Assembly (NCBI GenBank): GCA_951406725.2 | Contig: OX597828.1 | Coordinates: forward strand, 31,992,001-32,056,000 | Direction: 5' to 3' | Source: Octopus vulgaris | Taxonomy: Eukaryota | DNA length: 64,000 nucleotides | In this document: positions 14,288 to 27,572 of the stretch, piece by piece | Layout of the letters: every line of letters begins with the position of its first letter | How positions within the stretch are numbered: position 1 is the first letter of the stretch | The notes under the pieces: model-generated | The model's input: the letters and a program-made list of their open reading frames with translations, nothing else | Databases searched by the model: none | Told to the model about the DNA's origin: nothing | Translations under genes and position numbers: made by a program

Positions 14288-14960
14288 AACTTTGAGAGTT
14301 TCACCTGAAGGAAAGGATTATAGGACTTCCAGAGTATCTTCTTTTCCGAAGTGGATTAACTCAAATTTGAACTCGTTTAGCGGCATATTATTCTTTTCCG
14401 CCAATTAGATGACAGCCCGGTCACCCACTTCATTCATGACCGTCTGGTTCTTGGAACCATCTGCAAAGATTCTTATGTTACTGTTCTTGATGATATCAGT
14501 AATGTCATTGATGTAGATGATGAAAAGAAGTGTGCCCAACACAGTGCCTTGTGGAACACACCTACTAATGTTGGGTGGATTTGATTTTATTCCTTCGACT
14601 ACAACGTGTTGGGTTCTGCCTGTCAGGAAACTCTTGGTCCAGGGTATCTTTCCGGAGATACCAACGTTAGATAGTTTTTTCAAGAGGATTTTATGTTCCG
14701 CCCTGTCAAAAGCCTTGCTGAAATCAAGGTAAATGACATAAGTATTCGAGCTCTGACTCAAAGCTCTCAAAATGTCATCAAGGTAATACAAGAGCTACTT
14801 TAGGCAGTTCCTCCCATTACAGAACCCATGTTTGTTGGGGTTAAGCAGTCTGTGGCTTTCAAGAAAGTCGCTTGTCCGTGATCTCACCACCCTTTCAGAA
14901 ATGTTAATGATATGAGAGGAGAGCGAGATCGGCCGGTCGCTCACTACAAGGGACTTGTTA
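14288..14960 (-). mobile_element. CR1/L2-group non-LTR retrotransposon ORF2 reverse-transcriptase fragment, decayed
   Basis: Translation has RPISLSSHI..ERVVR, KHGF, YLDFSKAFD, VPQGTVLG.LLF.IYINDI, FADGSK (degenerate FADD) and AEKNNM..KFELIHFG; contains in-frame stops and frameshifts. Confidence 0.95.
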
Positions 14961-16246
14961 ATGTGTGTGTGTGCGCATGTGCGCATGTATGTGCGTGTGT
15001 GTATTAATCTATCTACCTATGTATGTGGTATCATTGTTTCTATGATCAATGTTGCATCATGTGAAGCTGGACTGGTTCTTATTTAAAAGCTTGTGTAATA
15101 TTCTCATATTCTCTGTTTCTTCTCTTTTCTTTCCTTTTTTTTTTTACTCTCTTATCATTTCCTTGCATATTGAGCCTGATGTATTTCATGGTATCTTATT
15201 GTGTTTGGAGTTTTTATTTAGTATTTGTCTCTCCATTTGTTTGTCATCTTTCTTTATTGTAGAGTCAAGTTATGTGCAAGTGATCAAATATATTGTGACG
15301 ACTTCATTGATTTGCAGATGCTAAATATTTTTTGTTCTTTTAGTAGAACCATTTATGTCCCAATATGTTCATCTACCATTCATATGTAATTTTGTTATCA
15401 TATTTTGAGAAATATATTTTAAAAAATGGTTTCTTTTCATTTATTATATATATTCTCGAATCTATGTATAATATGCTTGGTTACAAAAATTGTGTGCTAC
15501 ACATATTATTACGATTGTCATACTCATGTACCATGATCTACTTTTAGTAGATTTTTGGTGTACATGAAATCGTGAAAAAATACATATAATATCTTGTTTC
15601 TCCCGGTATTTGACACGAGAGGCACCCAGGTTTTGAGAGCTGGAAAGTGAGAAGGAATGATGCATGGCATACTACTGATACACACAACACCCTCACAATC
15701 GTCTCTAGACAACGTATGCCAATAGACAATGTATGTGCAAAAGAAAGATAGCGCGAGCGGAGACGATGCACTGATAATGTCTCTTTATTCAGCTCACTGA
15801 AAACAAGATATGAAATGTTTAGTTGAAGGAAAGAATACAGAGATGGGCAAGAGAATCGAAAACACGCCAGCAGAATGATAATGTCTTTAAAATACGTATG
15901 CGGTATCAAATAATGAATAGGAAGCGAATGACTCTAAAGTCGCTTCTGGTAAATATTAATTTCATAAAATTTGTGACATACGACTCCATAATACCATAAA
16001 AAGCAAATACCATGACAATGGGCATTAGAAAATGCATCATACAGTTATGACAAAAATACAAGAAACGAAAAATAGAGAGAGATGTTTGGGGAAAATAAAT
16101 AACAACAGAACGCTAAAACTTGAATTTCAAGTGTACGAATAAAGGGTGAGTGTATTCATACATGCGCGCGCTCACACACACAAACACAGGTTCGCACACT
16201 CATATACTCACACACGTAGCACGTATAAATATACAGTATGCCTTTA

Positions 16247-16424
16247 TAGGTGGCAGAAACGTTAGCAAACCGGGCGAAATGAGTTCAATTCCAGACGAGA
16301 TCGGCTTTGCCTTTCATCCTTTCGAGGTCGATAAATTAAGTACCAGTTGTGTACTGGGGTCGATCTAATTGACTGGACTCCTCTCCGAAAATTTCGAGCC
16401 TTGTGCCTAGAGTAGAAAAGAATT
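16247..16424 (+). mobile_element. SINE family A with an internal deletion in the head
   Basis: GGCAGAAACGTTAGC..GAGTTCAATTCC..GCCTTTCATCCTTTCGAGGTCGATAAATTAAGTACCAG. Confidence 0.88.
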
Positions 16425-16662
16425 TTGATACAATATGTGCTACTGGCCATGCTAAGTTCTTTCTTTCAGCTAATGTTTCTTTGAAACAAGCAAATTCTTA
16501 GACCATAAGTGTGTGCCACGGTTTATTTAATTCCACTTCTTTTGGCTACTGCAAATTCAGTTGAGCAAGTGTGCTACTGACAACGCACATTGTGGAAGAT
16601 ACACGTCACGCCACTGATGTATCAAACACTATCTTGCTTGGTATTGATACACCTGTAATCTG

Positions 16663-16734
16663 TATGTACATGTATATATAGATACATACATATATGCATA
16701 CATACACATATACATATACATATGTATGTTTATA

Positions 16735-16814
<80 letters not shown>

Positions 16815-16901
16815 TCGGTAACGTATAAACATTTCTCTGATTGATTTGTTTAATTTTTATATATGTGTGTGTGCGTGCAAGTATGTATTCATGTATACAT
16901 G

Positions 16902-16950
<49 letters not shown>

Positions 16951-16956
16951 TTATGT

Positions 16957-16999
<43 letters not shown>

Positions 17000-17102
17000 T
17001 AGATATATACATACATGCATACATGCATACATACATACATACGTACATACATACATACATATGTGTGTGTGTGTGTGTATGTATACATATATATACAGAG
17101 AG
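16663..17102. repeat. AT/ATAC/GT microsatellite field
   Basis: Directly visible. Confidence 0.93.
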
Positions 17103-17350
17103 AGTGAGGTAGCACATGTGGCTAAATCATAAGACAGGTTAAATTTTGTGGATTGTTTTCAAGTACAATTACTGAACACATTTTTTCCTGCATGAGTATC
17201 TGCGATATTTTATCGACTTTCATTACGCAATATGTCTGTGTGTTTATTTGCGTGCTGTATCTGTGTGCGTGTATGTTCCTGTGTGTGTATATGTAAGATA
17301 ATTTATGCCTGTGCTTATGCTGGTGTGTGGGTATGAACGGCTGTGTGTAC

Positions 17351-17407
<57 letters not shown>

Positions 17408-19826
17408 TCGGCATTACGCCAAACAAAGTGACGATAATTGTGAAGGATCTATCAAAAGAAGGAAATAAACATCTCGGTAAATATTAGTTCAATAATATTT
17501 CTTTCGTTTTGTTGTAGTTTCTTATTCATAAACAACACGAATTTTTTGTTTTCTTTCAAAAATTGTCTTTTATCCAAAAACAACACGTTATTTTTTCCTA
17601 CCAATTATGACACTAATTATTTGCAATGTTTTTACGACTTGCTTTCTACTGTGATATTGGAAATATGATATCCGTGTGTTTTAATAGTTTACCGACAACT
17701 ATTAAGAAAAGAATACGATATATTCATCAAATATGTATATATACAGTATCGCCTACTTCCCATTATTAATTATATCTTCAATAAAATGACATCTTTTCTC
17801 TCCTGAAGTATTCAGTTCCCATTAATTTAAGCGTTATTACTATTTTACACCCATTTTGTCACTTTGAACAAATTTTCTTTCTAATTGAATAAAGAAGTAA
17901 ATAGCACATAGACCAGATCATATATTTCTCTTAGGGTGTTTAGCCTGGCTTGATAGGACAGGCCTATTCGTAATGTCGAGTAAATGAGGAGCCACTACGT
18001 GATCGAGCTAAAAGTAACATCCATTCTTATATGCTTAATGGAGAGGGATACGTTCGAGTTGGGCAGTATCGAGTTTGACGCAGAGTAGCTTGAAATAGAA
18101 ATGCGTTATTTAACGGCACACATCCTGAAGGTCTCTTATCAAAAGCCTGATACATCTGGATAATCTGATGTGACATATTAAATCAACAACATCGGGGTTC
18201 AAACACCGAAACTGTGTCGTTATATGACAACGATTTACTAGACACAGTAAATAATTTATTTTTTCGACATATGCCCTTGTCTTCCAGGAAAAAAAGACAC
18301 TACTGTTCATGCTGTCCCGTATTCAGCCTGTTTGTGATAATATGGAAAATAGAAGGCATTGGATTATACATTAGATCAAGTAGAGTTGACAAACTGTTAC
18401 TGGGCGACTGACATTTTCGCGCATAACATGTAGCACAATCTCCTAAAGCTGAATTGTTTGCACTGTTGTATTTTCATTTAATATATAACTTTAATTCTAA
18501 TTTGTTTCTTTCATTTACCAATAAGTGAAGAGCGAAAGAGAAGCCTTTTAGAATTATTTAATTTTCATGAAGTTGGAGATTGCTATATCACAATTAATTC
18601 GGAGACGTTTGCTTGTAGTAGAATTTACACAAGAAAAGACATTTAATCACCAGCAAGATAATAATTTGAAACATAGAAATTCCAGAAATAAAAGACATCT
18701 TGCCTGATCTTTTAAGGCTTTAGTCAATCTAGCACTATAATGATGAGGTATATTTTATAAAAGCCTGAAATAAATGAAAAACATTGACCAACGCGGGATT
18801 AGAAAAAAGAGCACGATTACGACAAGGTCTTCGGTCTAGCGGCAGAAAAAGACTTGAATTGGTCGATTCATACAAATGTTTTAAGACTGGCAGTGGCATT
18901 GCCTGCCGTTAGAGAGTTAGATTTTGAGACTGAAAATGCATCGTAGTATCCTCACAGATATATTAACTTGATTCCTCAAATTTTTTCACTGATTTTGTAT
19001 TTATTTCTTTGTAATATTTCTTTAACGCTGAGGCTTAGTCAAAACTCTTAGGTGATAACGACAGAAGCGGATACAAATATTTGAATAAATTCAACAAACC
19101 TAATTGAATAGATATATGTTAACGGAATGCATAGATTAAATATATACCTGAAGGATATGTGATTTTACTTTGAATTAAATCTCTAAATACACGTACAAAT
19201 ATCATTTATTCTATAGAGCGTACGTCAAAATTATTCTGAAGAATGCGTGACATGTGTGTTTTGAGAATGTGAAATACATTGGGTAAGGAAGAAATTTTAG
19301 ATGGAATAATTTGAAACTGGTCACTACATTAGTAGCAATGTGTGTGTATGTGTGTGTGTGTGTATGTGTGTGTGTTTGCAGATGATGGTATATAAGAGTC
19401 TGTTTGTTTGCTAATGTGTAATTATGATTATGTGCGGATGCATATGCATGTAAGCAGGGCTACAAAGAACATCGTTAAGAGAAGCTCAGTTATAAACATA
19501 TCTATAGCGTAGATTTTACATTTGCTGTTAGCATGTATTCAAGTAAATATTGTTTACTTTTGTTGTACCATTAAACCTGTATTCATATTTCGAATGCCGA
19601 TCACTCACACAACAGTATTCTATATAGAAATCCCTGTTGATGCCAGAGGGTATTTTCATCTATTCAATGTATTCGAGTGATTTGTCATGTCTTATCTTTT
19701 GACGCCAAGTTATTATTACCAAATTCAAGACAAAGATTATGCGTGAAACTCCTTCCGATAAACACACACGTACACAACGCACACACTTGTACACAAATTC
19801 ACACGCACGTACGCACACACGTGCGC

Positions 19827-19898
<72 letters not shown>

Positions 19899-20319
19899 GC
19901 GGTTGTCGTTGTATGTATGTACAAGTATTGAGGTATATGGCTCTTGTCAAGTTTTAAAGCATTAAAATGCATGTGTTAATTCTCACACAAGTATATAAAT
20001 ATATGTATTCAACACGTTAGCAAAATTCTGCTGAGTTAAAATCAGAAAGGGATACACTTATTATAAATAAAAAAAAAAGAAAATATTTTATGTAATTATA
20101 AACATGAAAGAAGATGACGAAAAGTAATCTAAAAGAGGAGGTGTTTGACAAATATGGAAATTATGTATTAGTTATTTGACTTTATATATATGAGCACATC
20201 AGCACACACAGTCAAACCCACCATACATGCAACAAATACAGACACATACACGTATACATATATGCATGAGTCTCCGTTTGTGTCTGTGTGTGTATGTGTT
20301 TATATACATTTATACATAC

Positions 20320-20388
<69 letters not shown>

Positions 20389-20399
20389 CACATACATAT

Positions 20400-21441
20400 C
20401 CAACCTGATTTATCGACGTGGGAATTAAACGTGTCTAACAATTAGACACAAAATCACTAAGAACAACAAAACATAACACCACACCTCAACTCAAAACATT
20501 ACTATTTATATCTACACACACAACACCAGAAACAGCGAGGCAATCACCACTATTGTGCAAACTCTTCCTTTACCAACTAGAGATCCAAAAATGAACGCCA
20601 TCTTGAAAATACACAAACTCATCAAATGCAACAAACAAGCCAAATCGCTAAAGAGACTACTAACAAACGCGAAGCTTTACAAAACAAACACGAAACCAAC
20701 CGTTGAAAAATGTGGACGCCCAAACCGTGGAACCTGCCCCAAAGTGCTTGAAAGCTCGGATTTCCCTTTTCAAACAAGGACAGTGGTTCACAATTAAAAG
20801 TAGTTTCACTTGCGCCTCTGAGAACCTAATTTATGTTGACACAACTATATTGGACAAACGGCTATGACCTTGAGAAAGAGAACCATTCTACATAAATACC
20901 AAATCAGTTTCCCGCATTACAGGCAAATCCCTCTCAGTGAACATATAGAAAAATGTGCAAAAAACATACAACCAAATTTCACAGCCTTCCCCTTCTACCA
21001 GGGCAAAGACACAATCTCTCCATTAGAATGTTTAAATAAAGAAACGTTTTTCATTGAAAAATACAGAACACGTCTTAATATGCACACATAACCAACTTTT
21101 ATCTTTTTACATATTTCAATTCACGATTACATCACTGAACATATATCCACTCACTAAACAAGGTTTTCGAAATTTGTCTTTGTTTGTACATATATATTCT
21201 CCCTTACCCACAACAATAACAATAATAACAACAACCAATTACCTCCCTTTATTTATCTACTTGTGAAGTCATTTATTCTTGAATTTCATCATACAAAACA
21301 TGGACAAAATTTCTTCTTAAGAAAAAATACATATTCAAATAAGTAAAACATAATATCATGAATAGCGATAGCGAAACCGATCGATATATCAAAAAATTAT
21401 ATTAAAACTATATAAGCGTGCGTATTTTCCTTTTTCAATTT

Positions 21442-21450
<9 letters not shown>
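20400..21450 (+). mobile_element. 5'-truncated Penelope-like retroelement: linker, GIY-YIG endonuclease and 3' pLTR, decayed
   Basis: Frames give LLFISTH, KQAKSLKRLLTNAK, KCGRPNRGTCP (Zn knuckle remnant), FTCASENLIYV, NYIGQTAMTLRKR..H, LSEHIEKC and KETFFIEKY..LN, matching the Penelope GIY-YIG C-terminus. Has frameshifts and ends in (TA)n. Confidence 0.9.
21353..21387 (+). ncRNA. Minimal type-I hammerhead ribozyme-like motif with an A3-U8 core variant
   Basis: ATATC | ATGAATA | GC-GATA-GC | GAAA | CCGA | TC | GATAT: stem I ATATC/GATAT, 2-bp stem II, GAAA and a UC cleavage site, located in a Penelope pLTR. Confidence 0.65.
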
Positions 21451-21508
<58 letters not shown>

Positions 21509-21599
21509 TGTATGTGTGCATGTATGTGTGTGTGTATTATAAAATTAAAAGTTTTAAATTAAAAATGAATGTATATATATATACATATATATATATATA

Positions 21600-21686
<87 letters not shown>

Positions 21687-21762
21687 AAAATTAAAATTAA
21701 AATTAAAGTTTAAAATAAAAAATTAATATATATATGTATGTATATATATATATATATACACA
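21444..21762. repeat. (TA)n/(TG)n microsatellite field
   Basis: Directly visible. Confidence 0.93.
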
Positions 21763-21765
21763 TAA

Positions 21766-21957
21766 CGAGAGATGCTGAAATGTTTCTCGCTTTAAGGGTT
21801 AGCTAGAAAGGCCTGGATGGGGATCTAACAATACGAGATCGCATACAGGTCTTATTAAACCTGAAGGACTGCTGCAATAAATGTAAGAATCTGAGAGGAG
21901 AATATGTTGAATAAACTCATCATTAAGTAATCATCCTGTATTTTCAACTCCCCCTCG
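21766..21957 (+). mobile_element. Mariner-type DNA transposon deletion derivative (MITE-like)
   Basis: Degenerate TIRs CGAGAGATGCTGAAA / TTTTCAACTCCCCCTCG followed by TA; internal remnant CCNKCKNLRGEYVE* resembles the mariner transposase C-terminus. Confidence 0.75.
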
Positions 21958-22069
21958 TATGTGTGTGTGTGTGTTTGTGGGCGTGCGTATGTTTGTATGC
22001 GTGTGTATGTACGTGTATGTGTGTGTATGTGTGTGTTTGTGCTTGTGTGTGTGTCTTTGTGTTTTTTAT

Positions 22070-22250
22070 TTGTTACCCGCTCACAGCTTGGCAACCAGTG
22101 TTGTGTTTACCTCCCCGTAAGGTAAAGGTTCGGCAACAACAGACCGATAGAATAAGTATCAAGCGTAAAACAAAAGAACTGCAGTCGATTCATTTCTCAA
22201 GATGGTGCCCCAGCATGGCCGCAGTCTAATGCCTGCAACAAGTCAAGAAA
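22070..22250 (+). mobile_element. SINE family B, 3' half
   Basis: GGTTCGGCAA..GACCGATAGAATAAGTA..GGTGCCCCAGCATGGCCGCAGTC. Confidence 0.8.
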
Positions 22251-23099
22251 ATATAAAAAGTACATACATACGTAAATATATATCAATGTATCTATGTATT
22301 TATATGTGTATACAGTTATCTTTCTATGTATGTATTTATGTCTACATTCGTATATGGGTATAATATAGCCGATTTTTGCAGAAGAATAATCTTGATTAAT
22401 ATACCCTCATGCAGAAGAGAGGCGGATCCTCTTGTGTGCATGTCAAGGATCAAGTACACGTATATTTTGGCGTGCTTGCAAATGGAAGCAAGTATATATA
22501 TTTTTAGCTATACAATTTTCGTCTCTCATTACACTGAAAGTTATTTCCTATAATGTATTACATGAACCCAAGTGGGATCTTTCCCCCTGTCATTTATGAA
22601 GCATTTATGCATGTAGAATAATATCTCTATAGGTTGAGATGTTGAAGATAAAAACTAAACAAAAAATGCATACTGTGTAATGAGATTTAGCATCTTTTGT
22701 GAGATTAAACTTGATGTTTAATATCCAGTCTTCGACATTACATTGATGCAATTCCATTGTTTTTCAAGTGTGAGTAAATGTCGCCAGGTTGAGCATTATT
22801 AAGTCTATTCAATTTTTGAACCCTGAAGCAGAAAACCATGAACCATACATTCTTCAATCTTATTCTGTTTTTTCTTTTTTTTTGTCATTTCCCGTATAGA
22901 AAAAATTTGCATGAATGTTACAAATGCCAACCTATAATCACGATAATGAAAAGGAAAATGAAATCGTTTTACCTATTCTTTATTCTCTAGTGTATTGTAT
23001 AAATAAAATGGTATGCGATAGATATAAAAATAACGTGTGCGTGTCTATATACAGATATATATGTATATATATATATATTTTTAAAATATATTTTTAAAT

Positions 23100-23218
23100 T
23101 ATAAGTATATGAAAGAATGGAGTTGAACGACTAGTTAACAAATATCCTTTATTCTCGACATATGTTTCGAAGGCTGCATATTCCTAATTCCGAAGGAATA
23201 AGGAGTACATTATGCAGA
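23100..23218 (-). mobile_element. Penelope-like pLTR fragment carrying the 3' half of a hammerhead-like motif
   Basis: Minus strand shows a CTGCATA..TATGCAG stem followed by CCTTC-GAAA-CATATG-TC-GAGAA. Confidence 0.45.
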
Positions 23219-23222
23219 TACA

Positions 23223-23333
23223 TATATATAAGAAATTAAAAATGGAAAATACGCACACTTATATAGTTTTAATATAATTTTTTGATACATCGATCGGTTT
23301 CGCTATCGCTATTCATGATATTAGGTTTTACTT

Positions 23334-23334
<1 letters not shown>
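23223..23334 (-). mobile_element. Inverted solo copy of the Penelope pLTR at 21340-21450
   Basis: Reverse complement of 21340-21450 with about five substitutions over ~110 bp. Confidence 0.9.
23287..23321 (-). ncRNA. Second copy of the A3-U8 hammerhead-like motif
   Basis: Minus strand ATATC ATGAATA GC GATA GC GAAA CCGA TC GATGT; the single change turns a U-A pair into a U-G wobble in stem I. Confidence 0.6.
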
Positions 23335-23576
<242 letters not shown>

Positions 23577-23801
23577 TGCTTATATCGGAACAGGGTGTCA
23601 CAAGCAATACATAGCATGAAAAACGAAAACGAATGATTTGATTACGCAGGCGATGTTCAAAATTAGAAATAGATAGTCAGCTAGGAAAATGATTAAGGTT
23701 CGTTCTTTAAGTTAATTGTCTTGCTCTCCATTTGTTTCCCGTATTTCATATTTTCGTATTTCGTGTTATTTACTATTTGTGACGCTCTGTACCCATATAT
23801 A

Positions 23802-23975
23802 TTCTTGTTTTAGTAATTCGACTGCGGCCATGATGAAACACTGTCTTTAGTCGAGCAAATCGACCGCAAGATTTATTGTTTGTAAGCCTAGTACGTATTC
23901 TATCGGTCTGTTTTGCCGAACCGCTAAGTTACGGGGAGGGAAACATACCAGCATCGGTTGTCAAGCGATGGTGGA
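23802..23975 (-). mobile_element. SINE family B, 3' half
   Basis: GACTGCGGCCATG..TTTAGTCGAGCAAATCGACC..TTTTGCCGAACCGCTAAGTTACGGGG. Confidence 0.87.
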
Positions 23976-23994
23976 TATATATAAAGCTATATAC

Positions 23995-24382
23995 TTTTAT
24001 TATTTTATTTGCTTCAGTAATGTGACTGCAGCCATGGTGGAGCACCGCTTTCATGGGTTTTTGTCGACCGAATCGACACCAAAACCTTTTTGATACCTAG
24101 ATCTTAATCGATCTCTCTCGGAACCGCTTGATTACGGGGATGTAAAGACACCAGCATCGATTGTCAATCGGTGATGGGGGATAAAGACAGGCACAAATAC
24201 ACGCACAAATTGATATACTCATAGGCTTCTTTGAGTTTCCCTCTACTGAATATACCCACAAGTCTTCGATTGCCCCGAGGCTATACTAGAAGACTCTTGC
24301 TTAAAGAGCCACGGAGAGAGACTCAACCCAGAACAACGTGGTTGGTAAGCAAGGTACACACATCACAACCACGCTTGCGCCT
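23995..24382 (-). mobile_element. SINE family B, full length, diverged
   Basis: Collinear reverse complement of 24815-25244, including the head (GTGGTTGGTAAGCAAG). Confidence 0.8.
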
Positions 24383-24386
24383 ATAT

Positions 24387-24700
24387 ATCATCATCATCAT
24401 CATCGTTTGGCATCCGCTTTCCATGCTAGCATGAGTTGGACGGATCAGCTGGGGTCTTGGAAGCCAGAAGGCTGCACAAAGCACAGTGTGATCTGGCAAT
24501 GATTCTACGGCTGGATGCCCTTCCTAACGCCAACCACTCCGTGAGTGTAGTGGGTGCTTTTTACGTGCCACCGGCACAGGTGCCAGACGAGGCTGGCAAA
24601 CGGTCACGATCGGATGGTGCTTTTTACGTGCCACCGTCACGGGGGCCAGGCGAGTTTGGCAGCGGCCACGAACGGATGGTGCTTTTTACGTTCGTGGCCG
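24387..24700 (-). mobile_element. SINE family C with (GAT)n tail and internal ~63-bp tandem units
   Basis: (ATC)n tail, ACGGCTGGATGCCCTTCCTAACGCCAACC domain and three GGTGCTTTTTACGT units. Confidence 0.75.
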
Positions 24701-24708
24701 TTATATAT

Positions 24709-24806
<98 letters not shown>

Positions 24807-24814
24807 AACAGAGA

Positions 24815-25244
24815 CAGGAGTGGCTGTGTGGTAAATAGCTTGCTAACCAACTACATGGTTCCGAGTTCTGTCCCACTGCGTGGCATCTTGGGCAAGTCTC
24901 TTCTGCTATGGCCCTGGGCCGACCAATGCCTTGTGACTGGATTTGGTAGACGGAAACTGAAAGAAGCCTGTTTTATATATGTATATATATGTATATATAT
25001 ATGTGTGTGTGTGTGTATGTGTTTGTGTGTATGTGTTTGTGTGTCTGTGTTTGTCCCCCTAGCATTGCTTGACAATCGATGCTGGTGTGTTTACGTCCCC
25101 GTCACTTAGCGGTTCGGCAAAAGAGACCGATAGAATAAGTACTGGGCTTACAAACAATAAGTACCGGGGTCGATTTGCTCGACTAAAGGCGGTGCTCCAG
25201 CATGGCCGCAGTCAAATGCCTGAAACAAATAAAAGAGTAAAGAG
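24815..25244 (+). mobile_element. SINE family B, full length (tRNA-like head, internal TA/TG microsatellite)
   Basis: A-box-like TGGCTGTGTGG, B-box-like GAGTTCTGTCCC, CTTGGGCAAGT core and 3' GGTGCTCCAGCATGGCCGCAGTCAAATG..AAAAGAG tail; multiple homologues in the window. Confidence 0.9.
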
Positions 25245-25988
25245 TATATATATATATGTGAGTGTGTGTGCGTGTGTGTTATATGTTATGTGTGTGTGCC
25301 CGCGTGTACGCTGTGTTTTCACTAATCTCCAGAACGCTCCATCTGTCTTTTTGTATACTCCATACAATAATTTTATTCGGCAGATTACCATTTACGGATT
25401 GCTTTAAAGAAGCAACTTTTGTAGATGAAGAGAAACCGAGATAAGAAACGGGAAGTAGTTAAATATAATTAAATAAACAAATAAATTGGTCAGAAGATTT
25501 TCTTTCTAAAAATATGTTCCTTTCTTAAAATAGATTTACTTTCTAAAGAAATTTGCGTGACAATCCCGACATATTTTAAACGAATAAAAACATGGCAAAA
25601 CATAAAAAAAAAACAGAATACAATCGAAATAAGAAAAATAAATAAACAAATAGAATAAAATAACTTGGGAGGAAAGCGAAAAGAGATATAAAGTTTATAA
25701 ATACACTAAGAGGGCTTCAGCTGCTGAAATTTCACGCTCTGCTGATTTCGAAGTTCGAAGCATTATTTCAAGTCCATTTACACGGCACCAGTATACACAC
25801 GTATACACATCAGATAAGTAAACAAAAGATATATTCATACACATCCATTCACAAAAAAAGCACGCCGGTCATGCATACACACATCAGTTTCTCACAAGGA
25901 GTGATTTTAGAAAAAATATCAATAGCTAGTTTTATTTGGCCAAAAACAGATATACTAGTATTTGTGTATATCGATACATGCGTATTGG

Positions 25989-26196
25989 ATTCAAATTTTG
26001 GCACGAGACCTGCAATTTTGGTGGAGGGAATAAGTCGATTATATTATACCCCAGTATTCAACTGGTACTTATTTTATCCATCCCTGAATAGATGAACAGC
26101 AATGTAGATCTCGGCGGAGTTTGAACTTAGAAAGTACGGACGGATGAAATGCCTATTTAGGTCGGTGCGTTAACGAATTTGCCAGCTCAGCGTCTT
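25989..26196 (-). mobile_element. SINE family A, diverged
   Basis: CAACTGGTACTTATTTTATC..CTCGGCGGAGTTTGAACT..TAACGAATTTGCCAGCTC. Confidence 0.83.
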
Positions 26197-26222
26197 ATTG
26201 ATACATACATATTCGTGCGCAT

Positions 26223-26305
<83 letters not shown>

Positions 26306-26306
26306 C

Positions 26307-26338
<32 letters not shown>

Positions 26339-27572
26339 ATATATGTGTATGTATAGGTGTATGTATGTATGTATATATATATGTGTCTGTGCGTATGTGT
26401 GTAATTATATATATATATAGGCTTCATTAAACCTCTGAGAGAGAGGGAAATAGGGATCTAGTTCTTTTCATACGCAAAATGAGCCCCCTTTAATTTTGTT
26501 CAGGTTTCTTTCAATTTTGGTGTATCGATGCAACTCTGAATGTTGATTATGGTGAACCAATTACTTTATCTCGTAAATTAAAGAATCTGATCTTAACTGG
26601 AATTAAATTTGGGAATTTGGGGTAATTTGATCCTATCAAGGGACAGTAAGGCATTAACTTCTTGTTACCATGATAACCGCACATTGTGTTGTGTCCCAAC
26701 CGCATGTTATGTTGATTCTTCACACAAAGAGATTTACTTAAAAATTTATATTGACCATTTAGAATTTCATTGTAGATATTTTTCGGCAATTGTCTTTATA
26801 TTTTACATATTTTGCATATAGAGCAAAAATTGTTTGCGATGTTTATACAGTTTCTTGGCATAATGAAGGCGAATGGAATATGTGAGCTTTGTACAGATAA
26901 TCTCATATTATCTTTGAATTCTGCATACAAAGACATATAAGATACAGGTTTTTTTTTTCTCTTGGGACAAATTCTTTGTTTACCAGTGTTATTCTTATCG
27001 TAGTTTACAGACCCAAGCACGAAAACGTTACTCAGATTTGAAGTTCTGGAGATAGACGCCACCTTTTCACATATACATGCATTTATATATTAATAATGTT
27101 CACTAATACATGACAAGTAATCATAATACTGAAATACTCAGAAAGTAAACATATGCAGACCAATATATTATTATAAATTTAAAAATATATAATTAAAATA
27201 TACAATCAGTGAAGAGTAAGAAACAGTCAGATGGTATAAGTCGATTTTATTAGGTATTTCTGTTTATTTAGAAGCCTACAATGAAGCGGTCATTTCACGA
27301 ACTATAAATTTCACAGTGTACAACCTTAGGGTTCACACCACTAAATGCCGAATATTTGTCTCGCTATTGGCTAAATATACACATTATTTTCGATTTTTAA
27401 AGCTCTGTAACTTTTTCCTCCAATATTATTTTTCTACACATCATATCTTCATAGTAATTAGACTGGAAAACTTTATTATTATAGCCGGTTTTCAGATATT
27501 TTACTGTCTTTTTAAAAATGCATAATTTGCGAATGAAAAAGCTAGATCCGTATATAGTAACAGTACGGCATC

